From an uncultured bacterium (GTDB lineage Bacteria > SAR324 > NAC60-12), in NCBI GenBank assembly GCA_965662845.1, contig CBFIJD010000027.1:1-35207 (forward strand): a stretch of 35,207 nucleotides of DNA, written 5' to 3'. The notes under the pieces were generated by a model that was given only the letters and a program-made list of their open reading frames with translations, made no database searches and was not told the origin of the DNA. The position numbers and the translations under genes are program-made. The stretch's first letter is position 1, and each line of letters begins with the position of its first letter. Positions 7,665-15,824 of the stretch are shown here, in pieces.

Positions 7665-9263
7665 TTAGCCGGAGGCTTCGATCAAGCCCAACACGGTGCG
7701 AGGCACTTGGTTCGCTTGCGCAATCATCGCGGTGTTTGCCGAGAGCATGATTTGATCGCTCGTCAGCTGCGACATTTCTTGAGCTACGTCAGCGTCACGG
7801 ATCGTGGACTCCGCGCTGGTGAGGTTCTCTTCGGCGATCTTCAAGCTGTTGAGGTTGCTCTCCAGCGCGTTCTTCTGAAAGGCTCCCAGATCTGCGCGCA
7901 TGATCGAGATCTCTTCAATCGCCTTGTCCACGATGCGGTTGGCGTCCTTCGCCCCTTGTGAGTTGGTGACATCAATGTCCGCGAGGCTCTGGAAGCCGCT
8001 GTCGTTGCGCACGCCTTGGGCCAGCATGAACGCTTTCACGTTGCGCAGAGAGAGGATGTCGTTCTGACCCGCGTTGGGTCCCAGCTGGAACTCTTTGGAG
8101 AATTGAGCGACGTGCACATAGCCTTCGATCCCGTCGCCGACGACTTCTTCGTTGCTCTCTTCCACAAACTCGGTCCCGACTTGAACTCCTCGCTCGTCGA
8201 GTACGGGGACTTCCTTCAGGCCGATTTCGCGTTCGTAGGCAACGGTCAGACCGCTAGCTTTGGTCCCCTCGACACCGGTGAGGAATTGTCCTCGCCCAAG
8301 GGCGACTTCGCCACCGATGGTGCCTTCTACGTTCTTGCCTGGGTCTGAGAACTCTGCGACGTTGGCCTCCTGCCCCAACACGCCGGGTAGGGAGCTGGTG
8401 ACGGAGAAGATGGTTTGATCGCCAAATTCTTTGTGGCGCACGGTCAACAGACCATTGGGGTCTTCAAAGACGTCTAGCTTGAGGCCGGCTTCGTCAATCG
8501 CGGCTTGCATCCGACTGACGACGATCGTGCGAATGTCTTTAGACATGGCCTCTGGAGGGAAGCGCTCTGGGTTCTGGAGCGCGTTCTTGCGGATCTTCTC
8601 GATCTCTTCGCGGAACTCGCCCACGCGGGTGTCGAGCGTGGCGTTCTTGCCACCTTCGTTCAAGACGAGGAACAGCCCATCTTTGATGTTGTTCACGTCC
8701 AGCGGCACTTGCCCTTTCTTCTCAGCGCGCGTGGCGACCTGCGTGATGTCCACCTCAAAGCCATCTTCAGGAGACATGGGGGTGGTGGGCTCGGCGGAGA
8801 TGAAGCGCAGATTCTCACCGACGGTGACGCCGTTCACGCCCATGGAGCCATCCAGCAGTTTCTTGCTGCCCCACATGGTGTTCTTCGCGATGCGATCTAA
8901 GGAGTTCAGCAAATGCTCAATTTCCTGCTGATCGGCTTCTAGCATCTGGCGGTCGTTGGTCGCTTCGTTCGCGGCGTGCACAGTGAGCTGCTTCAAACGA
9001 ATGAGGATGCTGCTGATCTCGTTCAGGGCGCCTTCTGCGGTTTGAACAATGGACACCGAGAGCGCGGCGTTCTGGTGCGCCTGCTGCAGCCCGGTGATGC
9101 GGCCGCGCATGCGTTCCGAAGCGATCAAATTCGCGGGGCTGTCAGCTCCTGAGTTGATGCTTTGTCCGGAGCTTAACTTTTGTAGTGAACCTTTGACACG
9201 CTCCATGGTGTTGCTGGCGTGTCGCAGTGAGTTGAGCGAGGAGATGTTGTGCTTGATCTTCAT
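7665..9263 (-). CDS. fliC: Flagellin (532 aa, large central domain)
   Basis: Flagellin N (KLSSGQSINSGADSPA, QTAEGALNEI) and C (RADLGAFQ, ENLTSAESTIRDADVAQEM, AQANQVP) domains. Confidence 0.95.
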   Translation of the reverse strand: MKIKHNISSLNSLRHASNTMERVKGSLQKLSSGQSINSGADSPANLIASERMRGRITGLQQAHQNAALSVSIVQTAEGALNEISSILIRLKQLTVHAANEATNDRQMLEADQQEIEHLLNSLDRIAKNTMWGSKKLLDGSMGVNGVTVGENLRFISAEPTTPMSPEDGFEVDITQVATRAEKKGQVPLDVNNIKDGLFLVLNEGGKNATLDTRVGEFREEIEKIRKNALQNPERFPPEAMSKDIRTIVVSRMQAAIDEAGLKLDVFEDPNGLLTVRHKEFGDQTIFSVTSSLPGVLGQEANVAEFSDPGKNVEGTIGGEVALGRGQFLTGVEGTKASGLTVAYEREIGLKEVPVLDERGVQVGTEFVEESNEEVVGDGIEGYVHVAQFSKEFQLGPNAGQNDILSLRNVKAFMLAQGVRNDSGFQSLADIDVTNSQGAKDANRIVDKAIEEISIMRADLGAFQKNALESNLNSLKIAEENLTSAESTIRDADVAQEMSQLTSDQIMLSANTAMIAQANQVPRTVLGLIEASG

Positions 9264-9322
9264 GGCCTGACTCCAAGAGAGAGAACGTTAAGGGTGACGG
9301 TTAGAGTTCTAGTTTGCTCCTG

Positions 9323-9349
9323 TTATCGACGTTCTCGCCCAAAACTTTA
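9323..9349 (-). promoter_or_regulatory. Sigma28 (FliA) promoter of flagellin
   Basis: Minus strand TAAA-N15-GTCGATAA versus consensus TAAA-N15-GCCGATAA, with the extended TAAAGTTT -35; about 60 bp upstream of the ATG. Confidence 0.85.
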
Positions 9350-9402
9350 GCGGGAGCCGCAAAAAAGTTGAGGGCCTCTCTTGGGCAGCCTTGGGAGGGG
9401 GC

Positions 9403-10836
9403 TCACTCGGCGGGGAGGGACGTATATATCAGCGCAGCTTCTGCGGTGTAGTCAGCGTCTTGTTGGGAGGGGAGGCGCTTGAGGGCGCGGGTGCGGGCGA
9501 GCGCGTCGCTGGGCGTCTCTCCGACACGGTAGTATTGGGTGCGCGGATCGAGGCGATAGGGAGGCAGACGCGCGAGGAGGTCGTCTTTGGCGGCGATGAT
9601 TTGCAGGGTCTCGAGCCCCAGCGGGGGGTGGACCTCAAACGTCCCCAAGGGGATCCAGCGGTTGACCTCTGCAGCGGTGACTTGCTGTAGAAAGCGCTCC
9701 GGTGGCCGCAGCTTCGGTCGCAGCTCCAGCAGGTAAGACAAGGGCGGCTTGCTCGCGAAGGTGTGCCCGACCACATAGAAGTAGCCTGGCTTGGTGAGCT
9801 TGACGAACAACTCTATGCGCTCGCCGGCGCGAAACAGCAGCTCTTCGTGGCCCTTTTGCGTCTTCAGCTCGGCACGGAAGCTCGCGAGTCGAGGACGCGA
9901 GTGGTCGTCGCGCAGCTGCTGTTCAAACGCCACCTGCGACAGCTCGGTGCTCAGCCCGGCGTAGGCTGCTGCGGGGACGAACAGCGCCTGCGCGGTCACC
10001 ACCTCGTTCGTCTCTAAACGCGTCAACTGCGCAGAGACCTCCACTCCTCGCTCGGTGGGGACGTAGCGCCCGTGCAACCCGAACCGAGCGTTTTCGAGGA
10101 CGCGAGTGGTCGAGAGCTGGCTCTGTAGCCGACCTTGCAGCGCGGCGGCAAACGGGGTGATCTCCTGCGCTCCCCTTTGCAGAAACGGGAAGACATACAC
10201 CTCCGCGCGCTCCGTCATGCCTTGCGTCAGCAGCTGCGCGACCTGCTCCAGCGAATCCGGAATCGTCTGCGCTTGTTGGAGCTGGGCGCGGACCTCTACC
10301 TCGGAGATGGACAGCTGCGGCGCGTCTTGTGTGCCGCCAAGCACCAGCAGCACCGTCCAGTGGCGCTGGTAGTCTTCCATGTTTTGCCACAGCGCCTGGA
10401 GGAGCGGGATGCGCTCGGCGTTGCGTGTGAGGGTTGGCAGCTCGGCCCACGCCCGCTCGACCTTGGTCTGCAGCTGCTCCAAGCGCGCGCGATAGATCGG
10501 CACCGCCTCCTCCGACGACATCATCGCTGACGCGGCGTAGCCCTCGACATCTGGTAAGACAGGCGTCTCCACGCCCAACAGCGGCAAGTGGGACGTGACC
10601 TTGATTTGCGAGCTGGCGTTCGTCGTGAAATCGTCTCCTGTCAATTCCTCTCGCTGGGTCTGCTCGGCCTGCACCTCAGCGGCGATCCTCCGCGACAGAT
10701 CCGCGAGCGCGTTCTTGCGGGCTTCTTCACGCGTCGCGCCGAAGCCTTCGCCCATCAGGTCTACGGCCCAGAGCGCCGACGGGACACAGCACAACAGGAT
10801 GGCGATGACAGAGGAGAGGAGTCGTCGGTGGTTCAT
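9403..10836 (-). CDS. Exported protein with LPP20/FlgT-N-like N-domain and C-terminal DUF4384-like domain
   Basis: Signal peptide ending ALWA; GEGFGATREEARKNALADLSRRI; C-terminal FRAGERIELFVKLTKPGYFYVV and PPLGLETLQIIA. Confidence 0.65.
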   Translation of the reverse strand: MNHRRLLSSVIAILLCCVPSALWAVDLMGEGFGATREEARKNALADLSRRIAAEVQAEQTQREELTGDDFTTNASSQIKVTSHLPLLGVETPVLPDVEGYAASAMMSSEEAVPIYRARLEQLQTKVERAWAELPTLTRNAERIPLLQALWQNMEDYQRHWTVLLVLGGTQDAPQLSISEVEVRAQLQQAQTIPDSLEQVAQLLTQGMTERAEVYVFPFLQRGAQEITPFAAALQGRLQSQLSTTRVLENARFGLHGRYVPTERGVEVSAQLTRLETNEVVTAQALFVPAAAYAGLSTELSQVAFEQQLRDDHSRPRLASFRAELKTQKGHEELLFRAGERIELFVKLTKPGYFYVVGHTFASKPPLSYLLELRPKLRPPERFLQQVTAAEVNRWIPLGTFEVHPPLGLETLQIIAAKDDLLARLPPYRLDPRTQYYRVGETPSDALARTRALKRLPSQQDADYTAEAALIYTSLPAE

Positions 10837-11024
10837 GTGGGCTCATTTGGTGAGAGGAGTGCTTCTTCTCGGTTTCTCTCCAACGCGGCTTGCCGCGTCA
10901 CTTGCAAACGGATCAACAACGCTTCCTTGCTCTCTGCTTGGCAATTCACTCCCGAACTTTCTGCAATCCAGCCAAGACGCCAGCCTCCGGACTGCTCGAC
11001 GACCGCAGTGTAGGTCTGCCCCAT
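10833..11024 (-). CDS. HicB-family antitoxin, short and possibly decayed; no hicA
   Basis: YTAVVEQSGGWRLGWIAESSGVNCQAESKEALL..ALERNREEAL matches the short HicB RNase H-like fold pattern; AGGAGG RBS. Confidence 0.7.
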   Translation of the reverse strand: MGQTYTAVVEQSGGWRLGWIAESSGVNCQAESKEALLIRLQVTRQAALERNREEALLSPNEPT

Positions 11025-11060
11025 GTTTCCCTCCTCTCAATCTAGAGTTACCACAAACCC

Positions 11061-11095
11061 AAAAACCCGCCTCCCCTGCAAGCAGAAAGGGCGAG
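11061..11095 (-). terminator. Intrinsic terminator downstream of the DUF4160/DUF2442 pair
   Basis: Minus-strand CUCGCCCUUUCUGC/GCAGGGGAGGCGGG stem relies on G-U pairs, so it is strand specific; followed by UUUUU. Confidence 0.55.
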
Positions 11096-11189
11096 ATAAT
11101 GATTTCACAAGGCTTTGAGAAGTTTGTCGTAAGCAGCATGAGAAACAATCCAAAACCAATAAAGAATTTGCCCCCACAAGGCTGACTCT

Positions 11190-11417
11190 TTATTCTTCGT
11201 TCACGGCATAGTTGTATAATGTCTGAGGTTCAATATCGATCATTCCATCTTTAAACTCCAAACATCCCCATTCCAAATCAATGTTAGCTGAACGCAAATC
11301 GTTCGGTTGAATATGTTCACTTAACAAGCTTCTTAAATCAGATTCGACTTTTTTTCCGTCTTCGAAAGTCAGTTGAAATACATATTCCGTTTTATACATA
11401 AAATGGACTAATTTCAT
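11190..11417 (-). CDS. DUF2442-family protein (putative antitoxin)
   Basis: YVFQLTFEDGK..DL..L, GCLEF, DIEPQTLY pattern; directly downstream of the DUF4160 gene. Confidence 0.8.
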   Translation of the reverse strand: MKLVHFMYKTEYVFQLTFEDGKKVESDLRSLLSEHIQPNDLRSANIDLEWGCLEFKDGMIDIEPQTLYNYAVNEE

Positions 11418-11419
11418 TT

Positions 11420-11674
11420 TTACTCTAATGGCGCGATTTTATGAAAATTTTGACTATTCCACATTTCAATCAACTCTTCCTGATGCAACTCAGCCCATTC
11501 TCGGACTAACTGTCTGCATTTTTTAGGCAAAGAACCATCTATAATATTCAAATTGTTTAGCTCCATAACCGCTTCATAATCACCATATTTGATGTGAATG
11601 TGTTGTGGGGGGTGTTCTTTGTCAATTAAAAACATCCGAATAATAATCCCATAAAAACGACTAATTTCTGGCAT
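11420..11674 (-). CDS. DUF4160-family protein (putative toxin)
   Basis: MPEISRFYGIIIRMF, EHPPQHIHIKYG, GSLP, VREWAELHQEEL..W, KIAPLE. Confidence 0.9.
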   Translation of the reverse strand: MPEISRFYGIIIRMFLIDKEHPPQHIHIKYGDYEAVMELNNLNIIDGSLPKKCRQLVREWAELHQEELIEMWNSQNFHKIAPLE

Positions 11675-11718
11675 CAATTTATTTCCAATACAAATGTTTG
11701 ATTTCTTTATTTTTCGCG

Positions 11719-11747
11719 GAATGAAAAACGTCGGTAGGGGCGATCGG
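11719..11747. repeat. Left copy of a 29-bp direct repeat containing a REP half-site
   Basis: GAATGAAAAACGTCGGTAGGGGCGATCGG; right copy at 12715-12743 differs at one base. Confidence 0.9.
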
Positions 11748-11773
11748 AATGAAACCTGTTAGAATGTTTCCTG

Positions 11774-12190
11774 TCATGGCGCATACACAAAGGGATTGAT
11801 GATAGTCAGCCGATCATCGATCTGCTGTTGATGTTGCAGATCCTCAGAATAGAGAAGAGGACAGCCGGCTTCCAAAGCACTGGCCACGATCAGGCTATCC
11901 CAATAAGAAAAACCATAGCGCAATTTAAGCTGATGAGCGTCTCGAAGCGTGGCGATGTGGAGTGTATGAATCTCCGCGATCTCGATCATGACCTCGATAT
12001 TTTCTTGGATGAGTTGGTCAGCAACCTTTTTCTTGAGCATCACGCTGTAGTATTCGCTGAGTACCTGCGTGCTACCCACCAAGATTGGCAAGGTTTCAAT
12101 CAATTCCAGCGCCCGGATGCATCGGTCGCTAGCGTGATCCAGATGCGCATAGACCCAGATGTTGGTATCGACAAAGGCCCTATCGCTCAT
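11774..12190 (-). CDS. PIN-domain (VapC-like) toxin
   Basis: FVDTNIWVY, STQVLSE, FSYWDSLIVASALEAGC, LYSEDLQH, IINPF. Start 12190 (or 12199) overlaps the antitoxin 3' end. Confidence 0.92.
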   Translation of the reverse strand: MSDRAFVDTNIWVYAHLDHASDRCIRALELIETLPILVGSTQVLSEYYSVMLKKKVADQLIQENIEVMIEIAEIHTLHIATLRDAHQLKLRYGFSYWDSLIVASALEAGCPLLYSEDLQHQQQIDDRLTIINPFVYAP

Positions 12191-12398
12191 GAAGTTCATC
12201 CCTAGAAGGTAGAACGATATTGTCCACCAGAAAACGATGTGCATACGCTTTTCGATGCCCCGCCTGCCCGGTTCCAACCGGCTTGCCTTCCTTGAGGATA
12301 ATGACGGTAAACCGTTCGCCTGGAGTGATTGGGAGTTCAGTTAATGAAACACCGTGCGAGCGATCCATGATGAACTCTTGCGTAAACACGATTTGCAT
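12180..12398 (-). CDS. Putative antitoxin partner of the PIN toxin
   Basis: 72 aa, upstream of and overlapping the PIN gene; C-terminal LPSRDELHER is typical of such antitoxins; AAGGA and GGA RBS candidates. Confidence 0.75.
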   Translation of the reverse strand: MQIVFTQEFIMDRSHGVSLTELPITPGERFTVIILKEGKPVGTGQAGHRKAYAHRFLVDNIVLPSRDELHER

Positions 12399-12498
12399 AT
12401 TCCATTGTCCTTGATCGAGTTGTGTTTGCTACTGACGTAAGCGTGTGCGCCGGATGACTTCCATTCCATACCGCCCCCAAGGCGCTCTCTGCTCAAGT

Positions 12499-12842
12499 TG
12501 GGCCGGAGGGAGCAGCGCGCCTCACTGCGGGTTGCCCGGTTTGTTTTCCCCGTTTGACCGGTTTGTTTTCCCCGTTTGACCGGTTGTGGTTGCCCATTTG
12601 TGGTCGCCCGTTTTGTTTTCCCCGTTTGACCGGTTGTGGTTGACCCGTTGCCCGAAATCTGGGCAGGCACGGGGCCTGCCCCTACGATGACCGGCGTCGG
12701 AACGAAAAACGCCAGAACGAAAAACGTCGGTAGGGGCGATCGGTAGGGGCGATCGGTAGGGGCGAAAAATCTTTCGCCCTTACTGGGCCGGAGGGCACGC
12801 CGCGCCTCATGGTTACCCGTTTTTGTTTTTCCCGATTGCCCG
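12499..12842. repeat. Composite repeat block with GTAG-type REP palindromes
   Basis: 22-bp tandem CCGGTTTGTTTTCCCCGTTTGA (12536-12579) with a further copy near 12612; REP GTAGGGGCAGGCCCCGTGCCTGCCC (minus, 12661-12685); 13-bp TCGGTAGGGGCGA x3 (12727-12765); REP GTAGGGGCGAAAAATCTTTCGCCCTTAC (12756-12783); degenerate direct repeat starting TGGGCCGGAGGG at 12499 and 12785. Confidence 0.88.
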
Positions 12843-12932
12843 GAACCCGGCATGACGCGGCGGCGGGCTGCTGCCAACGTATGCTGACCGAGGGCGCGGT
12901 CTGTCCCCGTTTTTCTTGAGGAGGGAGAGAAG

Positions 12933-14273
12933 TCAGGTGCCGCTCACGCTCATCTTCGCGATGCGGAACGCAGGTGTGAGGATGGGGTTGCGCGCGTCCA
13001 CATCGCGCCCCAGCATGTCAAGATTGCGCAGCATGTTCTGGAAGGTGCTCGCGATGGTGAACTCACTGACGGGCTCGGCCAGTTGGCCATTGCGAATCCA
13101 GAGACCTTGCGCGCCACGGGAGTAATCACCGGTGGTGACGTTCACGCCTTGTCCCGACATGAACGTCAGATAGAGCCCATCCTTGACGCTGGCGATCAAG
13201 TCTTCTTCAGAGTGGGTGCCCGGCTCCAACACCAAGTTGGAGAGTCCACCGGCGTGTCCTGTCGAGCGCATTTTGAGTTTGTTCGCGGCATAGGTCGAGA
13301 GCATGAAGTTGCGCAGCACCCCGTTCTCTAGCAACGACAAGGGCTTGGCGCGGACGCCTTCGCTGTCGAAATAGCGGCTGCCGAGCATCTCGGGCAACAG
13401 CGGCTGATCGGAGAGCTGAATCTGCGCGTTTGCGACCGACTCTCCGAGCCGATTCATGAGGAAGGATTGCTTGCGGAAGACATGGTCTCCCATCATCGCC
13501 GAGGCGCAGCTTCCCAAGAAACTCCGCGCCATCTCTGCGCTGAAGACGACAGGGACCTCGCAGGTCTTCGGCTTGATGGCTCCCAGTTTGCGTAAGGTGC
13601 GCTCGCAGGCGCGCTGGGCGACGGTCTCCATCGGCTCGAGGCGATCCAAAAAGCGGGCGCTGCTATACCAACCGTCGGTTTGCTTGCGCCCCGTGTTGTT
13701 TCCGGCGGCGGCTTGGTCTTCTGCGACGACTGAGATGCCCAGACTGTAGAGCGTTTTGCTGTAGCCATCGACGAAGCCGTTAGAGTCGGCGTGGACGGTG
13801 TGCGAGCGCAAGTCAGAGTAGTACGACTGTTCGGTTTTGAGCTGCTTGCTCTGGGCGAGGGTGGCGCGCTCAATTTGCATCGCAAGCTCGATTTTTTCTT
13901 CCGATGTGTGCTCGTCGAAGCGTTCATCAACAAACGTGAGCTGGGCGTCTGCGCGGCCTTGTAGCTCCGGTTCGGGCAGAGAATAAAACGGGTCTTTGCC
14001 CATGAAGGGGATCGCTTCCATCGCTTGGCGCATGAGCGGGTGCAGCGTTTCGGGGCGCAGGTCGTTCGACGAGATCGTCGAGCGGCGCTGATCTTTGCAG
14101 AGCGTGACGTACATGCCGGCGGAACCGGACTCCTTGAGCGATTCGATGCGCTGGTCACGGACTTCCACCTGAAACGACGTGGCGTTGACCAGTGAGGTCG
14201 AGACCGTGTCGGCGCCGAGTTTTTTGCCAAATTCGACGATTTCTTGCGCCAGTTGTTTGTAGTGCTCGATCAC
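12933..14273 (-). CDS. pmbA: PmbA/TldE metalloprotease subunit
   Basis: SRYFDSEGV, ENGVLRNF, GVNVTTGDYSRGAQGLWIRNG, PVSEFTIA; GTG start overlaps the tldD stop. Confidence 0.9.
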   Translation of the reverse strand: MIEHYKQLAQEIVEFGKKLGADTVSTSLVNATSFQVEVRDQRIESLKESGSAGMYVTLCKDQRRSTISSNDLRPETLHPLMRQAMEAIPFMGKDPFYSLPEPELQGRADAQLTFVDERFDEHTSEEKIELAMQIERATLAQSKQLKTEQSYYSDLRSHTVHADSNGFVDGYSKTLYSLGISVVAEDQAAAGNNTGRKQTDGWYSSARFLDRLEPMETVAQRACERTLRKLGAIKPKTCEVPVVFSAEMARSFLGSCASAMMGDHVFRKQSFLMNRLGESVANAQIQLSDQPLLPEMLGSRYFDSEGVRAKPLSLLENGVLRNFMLSTYAANKLKMRSTGHAGGLSNLVLEPGTHSEEDLIASVKDGLYLTFMSGQGVNVTTGDYSRGAQGLWIRNGQLAEPVSEFTIASTFQNMLRNLDMLGRDVDARNPILTPAFRIAKMSVSGT

Positions 14274-15748
14274 ATGCCTCCTACGGTTAGTTCAGAAATC
14301 AGCACCGTCGGGAGACCGACGCCTACGGGCACGCTCTGTCCATCTTTGCCGCAGGTCCAGATGCCCTCACTCATCGCAAAATCGTTCCCTACCATCGACA
14401 CCCGCGACATCGCGTCAGGGCCGTTGCCAATCAGCGTCAAGTTTTTGATGGGGTTGGTGATCTTTCCATCCTCTACCAAATACGCGACGGTAGGAACGAA
14501 CACAAAGTCGCCGTTAGAGATGTCGACTTGTCCGCCGCTGAACGACACGCAATAGACGCCTTTTTTGACAGAAGCGACGATCTCTTCAGAAGAGGAGTGG
14601 CCGTTGGCGAGGTAGGTCGTCGTCATGCGCGGCATCGGGTAGTGCGCGTAAGACTCGCGGCGTCCGTTGCCGGTGGGGGCGAGGTGATAGTGCTGCGAGC
14701 TGATGTGGTCGTGCATGTAACCGCGCAGGATGCCGTCTTCGATGAGGACATTCTGCTGGGGGGCGTGGCCCTCGTCGTCGCAGTTGAGCGCGCCTCGGTC
14801 ATACTCAATCGTGCCGGTGTCGTAGATCGTGCAAAGCTCGGAGGCGACCTTCTCGCCGATGCGCCCGCTGTAGGCAGAGGTCCCTTTGCGGTTGAAGTCG
14901 GCTTCCAGCGGATGCCCGACGGCTTCGTGCAACAGAATTCCAGATTGTGCGGGGCCGAGGATCACAGGCATGGTCCCTGACGGCGCTTGTTCGGCGCTCA
15001 ACAACAAGATCGCTTCTGACGCGGCTTTTTTGCCCAGCTCGGTCGGGTGATCGGCGCCTTCTAAGAAGTCGAGGCCGACGCGTCCACCGACGCCTGCGGA
15101 GCCCGTCTGCACGTTCTGTTCTTCCTGCGCGACGCAGTGGACGTTCATGCGGAACATTGGGCGCACATCGCCGACGAGGCGTCCATCCGACGTGACCACC
15201 TGCACTAAGTCCATCGTGTCCACGAGCGAGACGGTCACGCGCTGGATGCGCTCGTCGTAGTCGTGGGCGGTCTTCTCAGCCCGCTGGATCAGCTTGATCT
15301 TCTCGCCGAGGGACAGGTCATTGATGGTGCGCGTCACCGCGTAGTGATTTGGAGGGACTAGTCGGTTGAAGCGGGAGCCTTCGTGAGCCTTGACGTGGCC
15401 ACCGGTCGCGATCGCGGCGGCGGTTCGGGCTGCGTGTTGCATGGAACGCAAAGACAAATCTTCACAATAGGCGTAGCCGGTCTGATCGTCCTTCAGGACG
15501 CGCACGCCCATCCCCTTAGAGATGGACATCGACGAGTTTTTGATGATGCCTTCTTCCATCACCACCGAGGTGCGGTGGGCGTATTCAAAGTAAAGGTCCG
15601 CGTAATCGCCGCCGCGACTCAGCGCATCCTGCAAGACGTGCCGGAGCATCTCGTCCGTGACACCCATTTGTGCCTCGAACAGCGTGCGGGTCACGACCTC
15701 GGGGGGACCTTTGGGCAGATGAAGCGTGGTCTCAGGTGCGTTGGGCAT
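14270..15748 (-). CDS. tldD: TldD metalloprotease
   Basis: GGDYADLYFE, HEAVGH zinc motif, GNGRRESY, PRMTTTY, CGKDGQSVPVGVGLP. Start ATG 15748 with AAGGA RBS. Confidence 0.93.
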   Translation of the reverse strand: MPNAPETTLHLPKGPPEVVTRTLFEAQMGVTDEMLRHVLQDALSRGGDYADLYFEYAHRTSVVMEEGIIKNSSMSISKGMGVRVLKDDQTGYAYCEDLSLRSMQHAARTAAAIATGGHVKAHEGSRFNRLVPPNHYAVTRTINDLSLGEKIKLIQRAEKTAHDYDERIQRVTVSLVDTMDLVQVVTSDGRLVGDVRPMFRMNVHCVAQEEQNVQTGSAGVGGRVGLDFLEGADHPTELGKKAASEAILLLSAEQAPSGTMPVILGPAQSGILLHEAVGHPLEADFNRKGTSAYSGRIGEKVASELCTIYDTGTIEYDRGALNCDDEGHAPQQNVLIEDGILRGYMHDHISSQHYHLAPTGNGRRESYAHYPMPRMTTTYLANGHSSSEEIVASVKKGVYCVSFSGGQVDISNGDFVFVPTVAYLVEDGKITNPIKNLTLIGNGPDAMSRVSMVGNDFAMSEGIWTCGKDGQSVPVGVGLPTVLISELTVGGM

Positions 15749-15824
15749 GGGGGTTCCTTGTGGCAGGGGAAGAGCGGGGCGAACCGGCAACACCGGAAGT
15801 GAAAACAAACACGAAGAGGATACA

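Noticed and set aside
11030..12500. Integron attC sites between the TA genes
   Set aside because: No paired RYYYAAC/GTTRRRY boxes with an intervening palindrome found (only a near-match GTTAGAA at ~11758), and no intI.
12341..12877. 178-aa minus-strand ORF
   Set aside because: It is a translation of the repeat block (GERFFAPT, VGAGPVPA, TGQTGKT) and overlaps the antitoxin gene.
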